In this document: positions 16,601-31,500 of the stretch, piece after piece
Position numbering within the stretch: position 1 is the stretch's first letter
How the letters are laid out: each line of letters starts with the position of its first letter
Source: Bugula neritina
Lineage: Eukaryota > Animalia > Bryozoa
Direction: 5' to 3'
Length of the DNA stretch: 64,000 bases
Assembly (NCBI GenBank): GCA_964035545.1
Contig: OZ037766.1
Span: 310,001 to 374,000, forward strand
The notes under the pieces: generated by a model
What the model was told of the DNA's origin: nothing
Databases searched by the model: none
The model's input: the letters and a program-made list of their open reading frames with translations, nothing else
Translations under genes and position numbers: made by a program

Positions 16601-18010
16601 ACATCTTCTTCACATCATCTTCTATTTCACTCAGCTGTCTCCAGGCATCCTTTGATATGTCATCCAACTCTGAAATCTTCTCAGACAGGATCTTCATTTC
16701 CTCAGTCAGTTTGTCTCTCAGCTCACGGGATAAATCATTCAATGAGGTTACGTTGTGAGAAGCTGCTTTTCTCCCTGAAATAATATTCAAGTATTTACCT
16801 CAACACATTCAGTGTATCGTTACCTTAGACTGAGTTCTATTCATGTGGCCACACAGGAACACATGCTATTCTCATTTAAACTACGATATGCTTTCTCAAA
16901 CTTGGTGGATGTTATAAACAGCCAAAGTTAGAAAATAGAAAGAAAGAAATCACCTGCCACTTTTCCACATCCACTCTTAGAGTCACACCGAATACAGAAT
17001 CTCTGGTGACACTGAGAACACGCCTCCATCAGCTGATGGTGTTCATGATGTTCACATTTAGTAACGGAGTAACGCTGTGGAGATGCTGTGTAGAGGTCAA
17101 TGGGAACAAACTGGTGTGTAGTGTTCATGTAAGTCTTCAAGTGTGCTTCATGGTTCTGACAACAGAAAACATAGTTGAATCATGAATCACAGCTAGTAAG
17201 TTGGTGCTCGCATATAAGTTACTGATAGTCAGGTTGACAGTACTAGATGGTATATAATGTAAGGTGATAACAGCAGCACAGAGGACTGTGTGCTGTACTA
17301 TACACACCGACAGACACACAGACATACAGCCATGACATATCTCTGTCTTTCCCGAGACTAGAAGAGAATTCTACAGTATAACTCATCAGTATGTCCTGTA
17401 CTAGTAGCTACAGTCAACACACAACTCACCTGCTGATGCTGTTCACACAACTTCTTCTCACTCTCCACACAGAAGACTACAGCCTCTGTTCCATCCTCAC
17501 ACACATCACAGAGAATGGGTGGAGGTTTGGGAGGAGTTTTGTATTCTAGAACATCACCCAGCTTAGCCACTGGTAGAGTTGTGGGATCCGTGATGTCATA
17601 GAATTCCTTACTGCAAACAAAATTTAATAGAAGTTGTATTCAATAAATGACTCACAAAAAGGTTTTTTACTTCAGCGTACCTTAATTTTGACATAGTTTG
17701 TCCAACCATTCAATACAGCAATTAGTAATAGACAAATCTAATCACTTGTTCAGAGGATTGATTACAGTGTTACATATTGGAAATTATAAACAGTAAGTCA
17801 TATTGTTTGTGGGCTGACAGTAACTCACCCACAATATGCACACTTGATGTGATCTTTCCTGTAGCCAATATCCGTCTGCAAACACCTCATACAGTAGACA
17901 TGTAGACAGGGCAGGGTTCTGGGATCTCCTAAATTGTTGAACTGCTGGTTGCAGTATCCACATCTGTATGAGTCATTGAGCTTTCTCTTGATTATTCTAG
18001 AATCTGCCAT
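13654..18010 (-). CDS. TRIM-NHL-like E3 ligase, paralogue B, about 624 aa
   Basis: Same 7-exon structure as paralogue A: 17829-18010, 17430-17610, 16954-17155, 16569-16774, 15848-16127, 14808-15494, 13654-13790. Frame open, splice sites intact, one extra codon in each of the last two exons. Confidence 0.85.
16297..16343. other. Same perfect 19-bp-stem hairpin in TRIM paralogue B
   Basis: Identical to 2793-2839. Confidence 0.75.
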
Positions 18011-18371
18011 TCTGAGTTGGAAAAAAAACCTAAAATATTGTATAAAATACTAGCATTCATTTTGATTACTAGAAAATTGTTGGTTATCTACTTTTCAACT
18101 CAAGAATTACACTTTGCAAATGCAAAAGTTATAAAATATCAATTACAATTTTAATGTATTTTAATATTAATGGCATCTGCGTGCTACATAATAATATGGG
18201 AATAGCAGTCTATTATGATATTATTTGAAATGATAGTAGAATAAAAGTAACTTACAATAATAAAATATAATTTACAAACTTACTAGTTTCGGCTCTGATA
18301 TAGAAGATGTTGGTTGAAAGATGATCTCTGTGCGAGTGTAGGTAGTGCAGCAGTATTGAAACAGACTGCTA

Positions 18372-18413
18372 AGTCACGTGACAACTTTAACCAAGAATCA
18401 ACATTTGATTGGA
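18372..18413 (-). promoter_or_regulatory. Putative promoter of TRIM paralogue B (palindromic GTCACGTGAC E-box plus CCAAT)
   Basis: GTCACGTGAC at 18373-18382 and GATTGG at about 18407. Same order and similar spacing as in paralogue A, although the flanks do not align. Confidence 0.5.
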
Positions 18414-20404
18414 TAAACTAAATAACGACCAAGTAAGTAAGTAGTTAAAAGACCACAATTCTCAGTCCCCCATTAATAAACATGCATTATTTGATTAGTC
18501 AATGTGACAACACTCTTCGATTATGAAAGGACACGCCTACCAAATAATTCCCTAAGAACACTCATCTATCAAATATTATATCTACTGAACTAGAATAATA
18601 TGATATCTAATCAGATGTAATGAGGTTTTTAAACTGGAAATTCACAAAAGAAGTTTTGTATTGAAGCTTGCTCTTCAGGCTTTTACAAAAGATCACACCT
18701 GGTATCTATTATGACAGGAAGTCCATTTTCTATGATATTTCAAGTTCCCTGCAGTATTAGATATAAACTGTATGATTGAGTGCCGTGACATGGAAAGAAT
18801 CTGTGGTACTGAGACTGAGTTCTAGAGAGAATCTCTGTGGTACTACAGACACATGACTGTATATATAATACTAGAATGAAGGCAGCTCATCTCTATACTA
18901 CATCTTCAACTGAGGGGAAGTACCTACACGTGTTGTAGTGTGTAGATACATGTGGGCTGTCAGGTGACCCACCCTTAGTATTGTAGAAATAGTCAATATA
19001 ACTCTAGACTACATTATATCACATGAGAATGTTTATCTCAAGTATTATATTTATATTTAACAAGTGACAAATATTAAGATAACAGCACAGAAATATTCCT
19101 CCCCTATTTACTTAATCTAAAACTTAGTAACACAGTTTATAAAACACACCCCTTCACCTTGGGACTTTAACCTTCATCTAGCACATTTATCAGCTAAATA
19201 GTGTTTGTATAATACTTCATAATGCAGTTTTAGATAACAATATTTCCCATCAGTTTTGTTTTACAGATAAAAATTTTCCATCACACCCGCTGCCCATGTC
19301 TTTGAGCTGACTTACAGTCACAGTAACTATTGCTGACTATTCACTATGATTGACTCACTCAGTAATATTTCACAGTCAAGTCCCCACTATATCAATGTTG
19401 GTGTAGCTAATGTACACATCTTAGAGTGTCAACTAACTCACTACTCTATCAAATGTTACTCCATCTAACAGTTGATGTTGTCTCCCCCTTCAGCATTCTC
19501 ACTGCATGTTGAGACCCTGTAGCCTCTGTCCCATCTCTTCTCACAACTTCTCACTCATATCTGTTTGTTGACAGTCTGAGTCTACTCATGTTTATATGTT
19601 ACATTACATAATATAAGACTATGAGATAGTATGAGTCATGGGGTAATATGGACACTGCTTTACCAGATTGACACAAACACTACATAAATGAGCTTAGAGC
19701 TCAGAGCAAGGCAGAAAATACTTTACTGCTGTCTTATTGGTTAGAATATTTCACTTCCTACCAGCAGCTGGGTAGAATAATAGGCAGCAGGTAAGATAGC
19801 TGACTTTAACCTCTAGTCTGAAAGGGAGAGTAAAGTGGTACATGATTATATACAAGAGTTGGACTGTGTGAGACATCATTAAGTATAGAGTAATACTTGA
19901 GTGACCAAACTACCCTGAAATATGTCAAACTGTATTATATTTATAGCTATGCTAATAAAAGTGTGTAAATATTTAAGTTACATGCAAGTAATGAGATATT
20001 TTATCTACAAAACAAGTTCTTATTTCTCTAAAATGTTGTCAACCAGAAAAGGTTGGCACTAAAATATGTTAAGTTGTCACTTTAAAGTAATCAACATTAT
20101 CTTTATAATATTTATAATTATACCAATAAATCTCTTGGAATATTTAATCTGCACTCAAGTGTTTGGGATATTTTATCACAAAACAAACAAGTTTCTTTCT
20201 CTAAAGTGTTAGCAGCCATTAAAGGGTTGACACTAAAATATGTTAAGTAGCTGCTACCCCAGAGTGAATATATTATGTATTATCTTTATTATATTTATAT
20301 TACTTATTAGACATTGCTCAATAACAAGGAGTCATGTGGTACTAGTATCAGAGTGAGGTTTAGCTATTTCCTGTCTCTGTTATTAGTTGTCATGGAGACA
20401 AACT

Positions 20405-20522
20405 TACTTAGTGGGTGGTCACATGATTACTTAGTGGGTGGTCACATGATTACTTAGTGGGTGGTCACATGGTTACTTAGTGGGTGGTCACATGATTACT
20501 TAGTGGGTGGTCACATGATTAT
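20405..20522. repeat. 23-bp minisatellite, about 5 copies
   Basis: Unit TTAGTGGGTGGTCACATGATTAC. Confidence 0.9.
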
Positions 20523-22547
20523 TCCTCAGAGTAACAGTTTCTTGCACTCACTTTAGACACAGTAAATAAAGGAGACAACTCCTAGCTTTTAATGTACATT
20601 GGAATACTTTTACAGCAGTTAATGGATCCCACATTATAGTTGGTAATAGTTAGCAGACCAAGTGTTGGATATTTGCACTGTCTGTCACTATCAAGACATG
20701 AGAACCACCTGCTGTATACATGTCAACAAAGTGACACATGTCAACTGGTGTGACAGGTACAGCAACTGTCATTAATATAATAATTTTATAACAATATATT
20801 GAAAAAAGAATAAATTATACAGTGCAACAAAACTTATTAGTGGTTATCTCCACTTTGACTATCATAACTCTGATAATACTATACAAATAGATTTCAGTTC
20901 ATTTTGAATAAATAGTTACCTTCTGGTGTAATACACAATACGTAATGTCACGCTTACACTAACAAGTTTGAAAACGTAGGAAAAGTCTCCAACTTTAGAT
21001 TGCATACTACCTCCTTTATGCTGCATATTTTAAATTAGCAATACTAGCTATTGGGGCCATGATCATTATTGGCAAAAGCTTTACAAGATAGGATAACTCC
21101 TAATGGAAATGAATGTAATATCATGTGACGGAGTATTTTTAGTAATTGACCAATCACATTTATTGTTTTTCAAAGCTCGCATTTTCAAGTGAGACTAGCA
21201 TGCTAAAAAGAGAAATAACAGCTTTTACATAGGCTTGAGAAAGTAATTATTAATAATATTATTATCATAATCTTGAGCCAAAACCGACTATTGTAAATGT
21301 GATTATTATAAAAAACTGTAAACATAAGTTTTTAGCGATTTTCACTAGTCAGTGCTGTATTAGTATATAAATTATGTAATCACTGTAGAATCAATTAATG
21401 AATTAAACTTCTAGTTCTAGAGTTCTAGTTGTAGTTCTACTTCTAGTTTTTTTATTTTCCTTAGTTTTAGCCTTTTGCCTTTGGCTACAAGTTCCAATTT
21501 ATTAATTGTTGAAATTAAATTTATTATTTTAATTTATATTTTTATTATTTATTATGAATACTAATTTAATATAACCTTTGAGTTTGAGTCTTTAGTTATT
21601 ATTTATTATTACTAAAACTAAAAGTAAAACTCACTCGAAGTGATTATGATCATCACACTGGACGGGGACCGCCCTAAAGAGAAGGGGTTTGCTGCATATG
21701 GGTCATATGTTAAACAGTCATTGGTCAATAGTCATACAGCTAGTATTGGTTAGGCTGTATTGACTGAACAGAAACTTAAACCTGTCTTAACTCTTATGGC
21801 GCTCTCTGAAATATTGCCTTGGAGTTGATTGTGGCGAATTTTCAGATCCTGGATAGTCCTGATAGAATTATATTTATTATACTTATAGATTTGGATGATG
21901 CAAATAATTTTAATAATTTTAAAATTAAATGCTGATAGTAGTATTTTTACAAAACTTGAAGTTGTAAATAGCTTGAAATTGGATTAATATACTGCAAAGT
22001 TTGAAAACATGAGGTTGCAATGTCTTAGTTTAAATTTTAGTTTTTGCATTAAGCTTTCCATAAATTTAATAACTTGTAATAATTTAATTTTTTTTATTAA
22101 GACTTGTTTGAAGTTCTTTAAATAGTTCACTACAGTTCCAATGTTTTCAAAGAACTTGATGGCTGTTGCATCTGGCATTGGCTTTGATGTTGGTTTTACT
22201 CTGTCTGTAGTATTAGGATTTTGGCATACTCAAATTTAGTTTCCTGTATTACTATAACTTTCAGGTATTGTCACTCAAGTCATTAGTATTTCTAGTATCA
22301 GTGTTTTCTCCTATTTTTGGTATTGTGCCTCATAACCTTGAATTACCATCTTTTGGTGTTGAGGGAATACTCTAGAATCTAAGAGAATAACAGTTTCTCT
22401 GCAAATACCATAAACACAATACTTGAACACTTGTGGTCATGGCAGAGTTTCACTTTGATTACATGTTGAAGTGCATTCATCAGTTGCTTATATAATTGTT
22501 CACATTGATAAGGTTTAGCCTAATTTCTTGACTTATCATGATTCCAG

Positions 22548-25500
22548 ATGGAAGATGAGGGAAACACTGGCACCCCTCAAAAGCAGATGTTTGTTGAAGA
22601 GACATTACTGTCTACTCCAATACCTCTAGTAGAGTCAACACGTTTGTAAGTTCAGCTTTCATGTCTAGTCTCATCATCAGTCTGTCACATCTCATATTCA
22701 ATCTGTCACATCACATATTCAGTCTGTCACATCTCATATTCAGTCTGTCACATCACATATTCAGTCTGTCACATCACATATTCAGTCTGTCACATCTCAT
22801 ATTCAGTCTGTCACATCTCATATTCAGTCTGTCACATCACATTCTCTCAACAGACCAGCTAACATGCTGTCCCGTATAACAACGTTCATTCCATGCTAAC
22901 AACACTCCCGCCGGGGGCCAAATATACATTGCTGCGTTACACGTATCCTAGGATTTTTAACTCTTAGTTAAAACTAAGAGGCACAATTCTTGCACCTCTG
23001 AGACTTGGAAGTAATACATTACAGTTGGCAATTTTATAACCTTGACCTTTAGCATGGTGTCTGTAATGTTTCTTGTTTGTTGTACGTTTGCGTGGGTAAT
23101 AATTAAGATGAGACCATTGGAATAATGTATCGTGACGTTTATTATTGTAAGGTATAAAGTATGCAGCTTGACAGCATAGAAAGAACTGCTGGTGATCATA
23201 AGTGTAAGGTATATATATATCACATAGGAATGAATCACAAATCTACGACATCATATGTATTAATAGCATATTACTGTTAAGTATATAAATAACTCAGCAA
23301 TTGTAAACAACATTATACTACATCTCCCCTTTCTAAATGTTTTATAATAGAAAAGCATAAAACAACAGTATAAGCATGATGAAAAGTTGGCATGCAACTA
23401 AACTAATTCTCACTAATGATTATAATGACATAATAAATGAATACAAACTCTGCATGCTATTAATTGCTAGGTGCTGGTGCAAACCTCAACTACTACCCAT
23501 GGCATGTTATTGTTAATTCTACATGTCATAACCTAATCTCTCTGGTTTTCTAACTAACCTTCCTCTCTGAGTTCTATATGCACCTGGAGGATTTACATTC
23601 GAACTATTTTCAGATTGTGAACTGTTTGAATCATCAGCTTGATCTATAGGAGGGCCAGGTACGGCAGGGATAGATCTGTGCATAGGGGGCAATACAGGAG
23701 TAGATATTTGTTGAGGCTCATTTGTTAAAGTTATATCCCCTCTAGTTCTACGGTACAATTTATTCTCGTTGGTTACTACCCAGTATGACCTTGGACCAGT
23801 CAGGTCTTGTTTTTGAATTTTTCCCAAAATCCACTTATCATTAATTTTTGCACGAACTCTCTGACCAGGTTTTAAAACTGAAAGTTCAGATTTAGCATGT
23901 CTGTCATAATTTAATTTCTGCGTAGATTTGACAATCTCAAATTCATTTTGAATTATCTGTTTGTCATAGCTATTTGGAAAAAGCGTTTTCAAATCTCTAG
24001 GAAGAGTGTCTGGCAGCACTCTACCTTGTAGTAGTACAGCTGGCGATGGTATTTTATCACTTATTGGAGTGTTTCTCAAATTTCTCAAACCACCATAAAA
24101 TGTTTTGCCTTCAGCTTTGCATTTTTTTAGTAAAGCTTTTGCAGTCCTAACGTACCTTTCTGCACACCCATTACTTTGTGGATACCCTGGTGAAGATGTC
24201 AAATGCTCAATGCCTTGTTCATTCAAAAATATTTTGAATTGTTGACTAGTAAACTGGGGCCCATTATCACTTCTAAGTACACATGCAACCCCAAAATCAG
24301 CAAATGTTTTCTCAAAACACTGAATCACTGATGAGCTTGTTGTCGTCTTTAATGGCTCAATAATTAACCACTTGATAAAGTAATCAACAATTAACATGAA
24401 ATCATTTCCGTCCAAAGAAAACAAGTCAGCTGCTACTGTATGAAAAGGATATTTAGGTATCTCACTAGCCATCATTGGCTGCCTACATTGCTGCTCAATG
24501 TTTTCCCTACATTGCACGCATGACTGAATCATTTCCTCAATTTGATTGTTTATTCCAGGCCAAAACACCGCTGTTTTTGCCAATGCCTTTGTTTTCACAA
24601 TGCCTTGATGTGACTTATGTAATTTTTGCAAAATTTCTGTTTGTTTTGACATTGGTACTATCAGCTTTGAACCAACAAACAGAAATTCATCACAAATTCC
24701 AATTTCATTACGCCATAGCCAATATTTTCTTCCAACAAAGCTGCACGATTTCCTATATGGCGGCCATCCATTAATTACCAATAGTTTGAGTGCCTGTAGC
24801 TCTCTGTCGCTCAAAACTGCTTGTTTGTATTCTGCTTTAGCTTGGTCAGAACAAAATATCATTTCAGGCAACTTGTTCATAGGATCAAATTCAGCAACAT
24901 TTACAGATGTATCTATGTCAGGGTATGATGCTCTACTCAGCATATCAGCTATGTACATTTCATTACCTTTCTTGTACACTAATTTGAAATCGTAGGACAT
25001 TAACTCAAGCAGCATTCTCCTAATTCTAGGATTTGTGTCCTCTATGTTTTTCTCCACTATGCCTAGTAAAGGCTTGTGGTCAGTTTGCACAAAAAATTTG
25101 CTACCTCCATAGACATAATAATGAAACTTCCTACAGCCAAACAACACTGCTAACAATTCCTTTTCTATTTGTGCATAGCGCTTCTGAGTGTCAGTTAATG
25201 ACTTGGCTGCAAATTCCACTGGTTGGCCTTTTTGCATTAAAACTGCCCCCAAGCTAAATGAACTAGCATCCACTTGCAGTGTTATTTCTTCATCAGAATT
25301 AAAATGCATCAAAAGTGGTGCATTTGAGACAAGTTGCTTAATTTTAACAAATGCATTATTGTGTGCCTTTTCCCAAATAAAAGTTGTATTCTTTTTCAAC
25401 AGCTGTCGCAATGGTTGTGTTTCATTTGCCAAATCAGGGCAGAATTTTCCCATATAATTAACAAACCCAAGAAATCGTTGAACATCATTTTTGCATGTGG

Positions 25501-28500
25501 GAGTCAGCATTTCCTGAATTGCTTTAGCCCTATTTCTTTTTGGCAAAATTCCATCACCTGAAATTTCATGGCCTAGAAAGTTAACTACTTGTCTACCTAT
25601 AGCACACTTCTCAGGGTTTAATTTCAGATTTATCTCACGGCATCTCAACAAAACTTCCCTAAGCCTTCGGTCATGAATCTCTTTAGTAGGTGCATGGATT
25701 AGCAAATCATCAATATAGATTTCAATTCCCTCTATATCACCTAGTTTTTGACACATTGTTTTATGAAAAACCTCAGCACTTGAATTTAACCCGAACGGCA
25801 GTCGTTTGTAGTTGTAACGCCCATAGGGTGTAATAAATGTTGTCAATTTACAACTTTCTACATCAAGTGGTATCTGGTGAAAACCATTTGTAGCATCTAG
25901 AGTACTAAAGAATTTTGACTGGCCTATCCTGCTGTATATCTCTGTAGTTGTAGGCAACTTATAGTACTCTCTCATGATCTCTTTGTTCAACAGCCTAGGA
26001 TCTAAGCAAAGCCTTATTTGGTTGTTAGGCTTTTCCGCTACTACAATGGGTGAAACCCAATCTGAAGGCTCATTGCATTTTTGAATAATTTCTAATTTCT
26101 CAAGCCTATCAAGCTCTGCTTTTAGCTTTGGTTTTACATTTATGGGAACAGGTCTAACATTACATACTACTGGCTTAGCCTCAGGTCTTAGTGTAATGTG
26201 GTGTTCTATGTCTAATTTTCCAAACCCCTTAAAAACATCCTTGAATTCTTCAACTATCAACTTACTGCTATCAGTATCTACTTGCTCTACCTGATCTATT
26301 CCTATTAGACCAAGCTCCTTGATGGTGGGCAAGCCCAAAAGAGGTGTGTTTTTAGCAGTGGTTACATAGAACTCAGATTTGTAGGTTTTACCCCTAAAAC
26401 TGAATGGCAGTTCTACGACTCCATCTACTGGAATAACATGTCCAGTGTAGCCTGTGAGCCTTGTACCAGCTTTTCTAAGTTCCCTACTTACATCAAGATT
26501 TTCAAAAATATCTCTTGTCAAAACATTAACTTGTGCACCTGTATCAACTTTCATGGCAACCTTAGTTTTACCAAAAACAAAATTTTCAAACCAAACTGAA
26601 GAATTGCATGCATTAAGCTTAACATTGCTACATAATTCTACATTAAACATGCATGGTTCCTCATTGACATCTGTAGTAGCATCTGGTACTTGTACAGCAT
26701 TAGTCGTAGATTTCGTTATAGCCTTAGATCTACATACCTTAGCAAAGTGATTAAATTTACCGCATTTGTTACAGGATTTTCCATACGCTGGGCAGTGTCT
26801 CCTTCTGTGACTAGATCCGCAGCTATGGCAGTTGTTAATAATATCCATTGTATGTTTTTTTGGCTGAAAATTGTTTGAGTAATCTTTTTTCCTTATTGCA
26901 TCTACATCTGCTGGTTGCTCTGGTGCAGCACTCGCAAGGTTTCTCTGTATTATCTCCTTGGCTCTCATGCGTTGTGATACGTTTTCTAGCGTTAACTGAT
27001 CTTCTGTCAGTTGCTGTAGCTCAATTGACAGAGCCTTGTCTTTCATCCCTGTCAGCAATCTATATTTAATGTTATCATTTACCGCATTGCCAAATTCGCA
27101 ATGTTGTGCTAAAGAGTATAGTGCCCTGATATACTCCTCATTGTTTTCATTAGGTTCCTGAGTTCTTCCATTGAACTGCACAATGTGATGTGCCTTGTTT
27201 GTCCTAGGTTTGAAATATGTGTCAAATGCTTCCTTTACCTTATCATATTTCTTTCTGTCATCATTTGTGAGTGGTAGCTGTATAAAAATGTCCTCGGCTG
27301 CTTCTCCCATCGTATATAATAGACTGTCTATTTGTAAGTCGTCAGCTTCTTTTGACATTTTTGTTACATTGTGATATCTGCCATATCTTCGTATCCACTC
27401 ACCCCATCCACTTGGGTTAGTGAAGTCAAATGATGAAGGTGCTCTGGTAGCCATTATTCTTCTTTCAGGTCACACACTTCTGACACCATGTAATGTTTCT
27501 TGTTTGTTGTACGTTTGCGTGGGTAATAATTAAGATGAGACCATTGGAATAATGTATCGTGACGTTTATTATTGTAAGGTATAAAGTATGCAGCTTGACA
27601 GCATAGAAAGAACTGCTGGTGATCATAAGTGTAAGGTATATATATATCACATAGGAATGAATCACAAATCTACGACATCATATGTATTAATAGCATATTA
27701 CTGTTAAGTATATAAATAACTCAGCAATTGTAAACAACATTATACTACAGTGTCACTCCACTTTCCTAGCTGTCTCGCATCAGCACGCTGACTTAGCATC
27801 TGCATTTCAGTTTCATTTATCTCTGCTTTGTTTTAGTGAAGGGAGGGACTCGGCGTCCAGCATATTGGATCTCAATGGTGAGTATTCATTGGTTCTCGGA
27901 TGTGCAACAACATCTCATTGGTTTATCTGATGATATCTATTATCTGATTGGTTTATCTAATGCTGTGCTATGTCACACTCTCACAGTGTCACACAATGTC
28001 ACACTCTCGTTACAGATCTGAGTACCCTGTCAGTGAAGGACAATGTGAGACCCAAACCACCAACAGCTCTGTTCCCTGGTAAGAGAACTAAACCTCACAG
28101 GCTGCTGTTTAGAGTTTACAGCTAATATCTCTGTTGTTCATGTAGTTTAGGGTGGTCAGCTGTTAGCCCTACTACTACAGTTACAGCCTCTCCTGGTACT
28201 CTGTCTATCAGCTACGGAGTAGACAGTTGGGGTACAATGTTGTTAGAAGATGAAATATTGGGCTTTTGAAGGCTTTGCATTTGATAGTTGTGTTGTTGTT
28301 ATGGTACAATGTGTTGGCTGCCAATGTGTTTGAAATGTACTCTCTGTGCTGTGAATAGAACTTAAAATAATGTGTATGAATAAACAGTAACCAACTGGTA
28401 GTTGAACCAAATAATTGAAAGGATATAAATACTGTGATTAATATTTGTTTTATACAACTTTTATTATTATCCTAATAATATAATAATATATTAATAGTAA

Positions 28501-31500
28501 TATATATCTGGTAATATATCTATAGTAATATATCTATAGTAATATATCTATGGTAATATATCTATGGTAATATATCTATGGTAATATATCTATGGTAATA
28601 TATCTATGGTAATATATCTATAGTAATATATATATGGTAATATATTTATGGTAATATATCTATAGTAATATATCTATGGTAATATATCTATGGTAATATA
28701 TCTATGGTAATATATCTATGGTAATATATCTATGGTAATATATCTATAGTAATATATCTATGGTAATATATCTATAGTAATATAGCTATAGTAATATATC
28801 TATGGTAATATATCTATGGTAATATATCTATGGTAATATATCTATGGTAATATATCTATGGTAATATATCTATAGTAATATATCTATGGTAATATATCTA
28901 TAGTAATATATCTATAGTAATATATCTATGGTAATATATCTATAGTAATATAGCTATAGTAATACGTGTAGTAAGTAGATAACAAAGTTGCTGAAGAAGT
29001 CAATGCTGTTTCAGATAACTCGAGTCAGAAGAGCAAATCATCGAGTGAGTCAGGCTCAAAGAGTAGAATTCCTCGACTTTCTACGAAACCTTCCCCCGCA
29101 GTGACTGAGCAAACAGGAAACAGTAATTCCCCCGCAGTGACTGAGCAAACAAGAAACAGCACCTACGTAGTGGGTGTGTCAGAGAAGAACGAGTCATCAT
29201 TGGACAAGACAGTCAGCACTGGTCAGCCGAGCCGAGCAATATCCTCGTCTACAGAGGAAGTAGAGGGAGTGGATGCAGTTACCCCCTCCCAGTCACTCAA
29301 TCTCATTCAACTTGACACTCCTGAATCACTTCCTGTTAGCTCACTTCCTGTCCACTCACTTCCTGTCAGCTCACTTCCTGTCAGCTCACCTTCTGTTAGC
29401 TCACTTCCTGTTAGCTCACTTCCTGTTAGCTCACTTCCTGTTAGCTCACTTCCTGTTAGCTCAGAGGAAGTTGGCGAGTCCCTGGAACCTCCCGATGGAG
29501 ACTCGACTCTGAAGCTGGAGACTGCCGACCTGATGACATCACCAGATGCACAGGAAACAGGAAGTGTGGACAGAGAAAGAGCAGAACGAGATCTCCCGGC
29601 AGTCGGTTGTCTCTCTCAGAGTCAGCAGAGGACAGCCGACTCTGTTCCCGGAGAAAGTATTCCCATAGACCATGAGCTGACTCTCCACTCAGTTTCTGCT
29701 GCCGTGCATGCTGCCGAACCAACCAATCAGAGTGGAGTATTGAATACAGAAGACCTGTCTGCAACAGCTGACAATACGGGCTCACAGTCTCTCGGCCTCT
29801 CACTCTACCTCTGCCCTGTAGAGATCTCTGCTATCACTGACTCCTCCCACTCAGGTATTTCCTGTTAGACAATAATATTATATAGTATATCAGCTAGTAG
29901 AGTATAATACTGTATTATATAGTATATCAGTTAGTAGAGTATAATACTGTATTATATAGTATATCAGCTAGTAGAGTATAATACTGTATTATATAGTATG
30001 TCAGCTAGTAGAGTATAATACTGTATTATATAGTATATCAGTTAGTAGAGTATAATACTGTATTATATAGTATATCAGTTAGTAGAGTATAATACTGTAT
30101 TATATAGTATATCAGCTAGTAGAGTATAATACTGTATTATATAGTATGTCAGCTAGTAGAGTATAATACTGTATTATATAGTATATCAGCTAGTAGAGTA
30201 TAATACTGTATTATATAATATATCAGTTAGTAGAGTATAATACTGTATTATATAGTATATCAGCTAGTAGAGTATAATACTGTATTATATAGTATATCAG
30301 CTAGTAGAGTATAATACTGTATTATATACACACAAACATACTACATTAACAGGTAAACATGGACACACAATAGGACACACTCTATCTAGTAGCTATTCCT
30401 TTCTTGTTTGTAGTTTAATGTTTACCGCCATTCATAGTTGTGTTGACAATGCACGCTATAAATAGGTTTTAAATAGGTGTTTAGTAACTAATTAGTTACT
30501 CTTGTTTAGTTTACTAAAATGACAAGCTTTGCCTGTTTGACAGAGTCAGTTTGTTGTTTGCTGCCACTGGTTCATGCTGCCGCCAGAGCTGCCTTGTTAG
30601 CTTCTCATTGGCAGCAACTGATTTAGTGGTTAGCTGTCTCAATCACTCTCAGTCACTGACACTCACTGATACTCACTGACACTCAGTCACTGACACTGAG
30701 TCACTGACTCACTATGACTCTGCACTTCCTGTCTATGATCACAGAGGAACTGGACAGCACGTCCTCTGTCAGCATGGTGAGTGATGCCAATGACTCAGTC
30801 AAGCCGTGCTACTCTGAAGAGGTCATCCAAGCACTGATGTCTAAAGACGGGAAGACGGTCCTCAAGGCCATTTCACAGTGAGTTCTAAACTTGCGAGCAG
30901 CTCATTGAGCTCTATACTTGCGAGCAGTTCATTGAGCTCTATACTTGCGAGCAGTTCATTGAGTTCTATACTTGCGAGCAGTTCATTGAGCTCTATACTT
31001 GCGAGCAGTTCATTGAGTTCTAGGAAACGGTTTATTATCTTCGGCTGCACTTATTGTAGGATTTCTCAGACTACAAGGAGCACGTCTGCTGCTATCAACA
31101 CGTCTGCTGCTCTCAACACGTCTGCTGCTCTCAACACGTCTGCTACCGAAGCTGCACTTTGCTCATCCCCAAGTAACGGTATGTTCTGCTGAAGCTCTAT
31201 CTATGTAATCAAGTGCTAATTTACTGCCTAATATCAGTTTGCCATTTGAGTGTGTATAGTTTATATTTCCTCAGCAGCTTCTCTCTCTCAGACTAGCCCT
31301 GCGACTCAGCCCACTTCTCAGACTAGAGTTGTGGATTCCTTCTTTGGCTCAGAGCTAAATGAACTGTCACACCTCTCTAGCAGCAGGAGAACGGCTAATC
31401 AGGTACTTTACATGTGTTACTACACTACACCACATGTGTTACTACACTACACCACATGTGTTACTACAGTACACCACATGTGTTACTACACTACACCACA

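Noticed and set aside
19990-20295. Diverged direct duplication of roughly 170 bp
   Set aside because: Real but non-coding, with no LTR, TIR or TSD features. It looks like an ordinary local duplication.
24475-27069. Plus-strand ORFs inside the first Gypsy element, and minus-strand ORFs in 60758-63449
   Set aside because: Antisense shadows of gag-pol.
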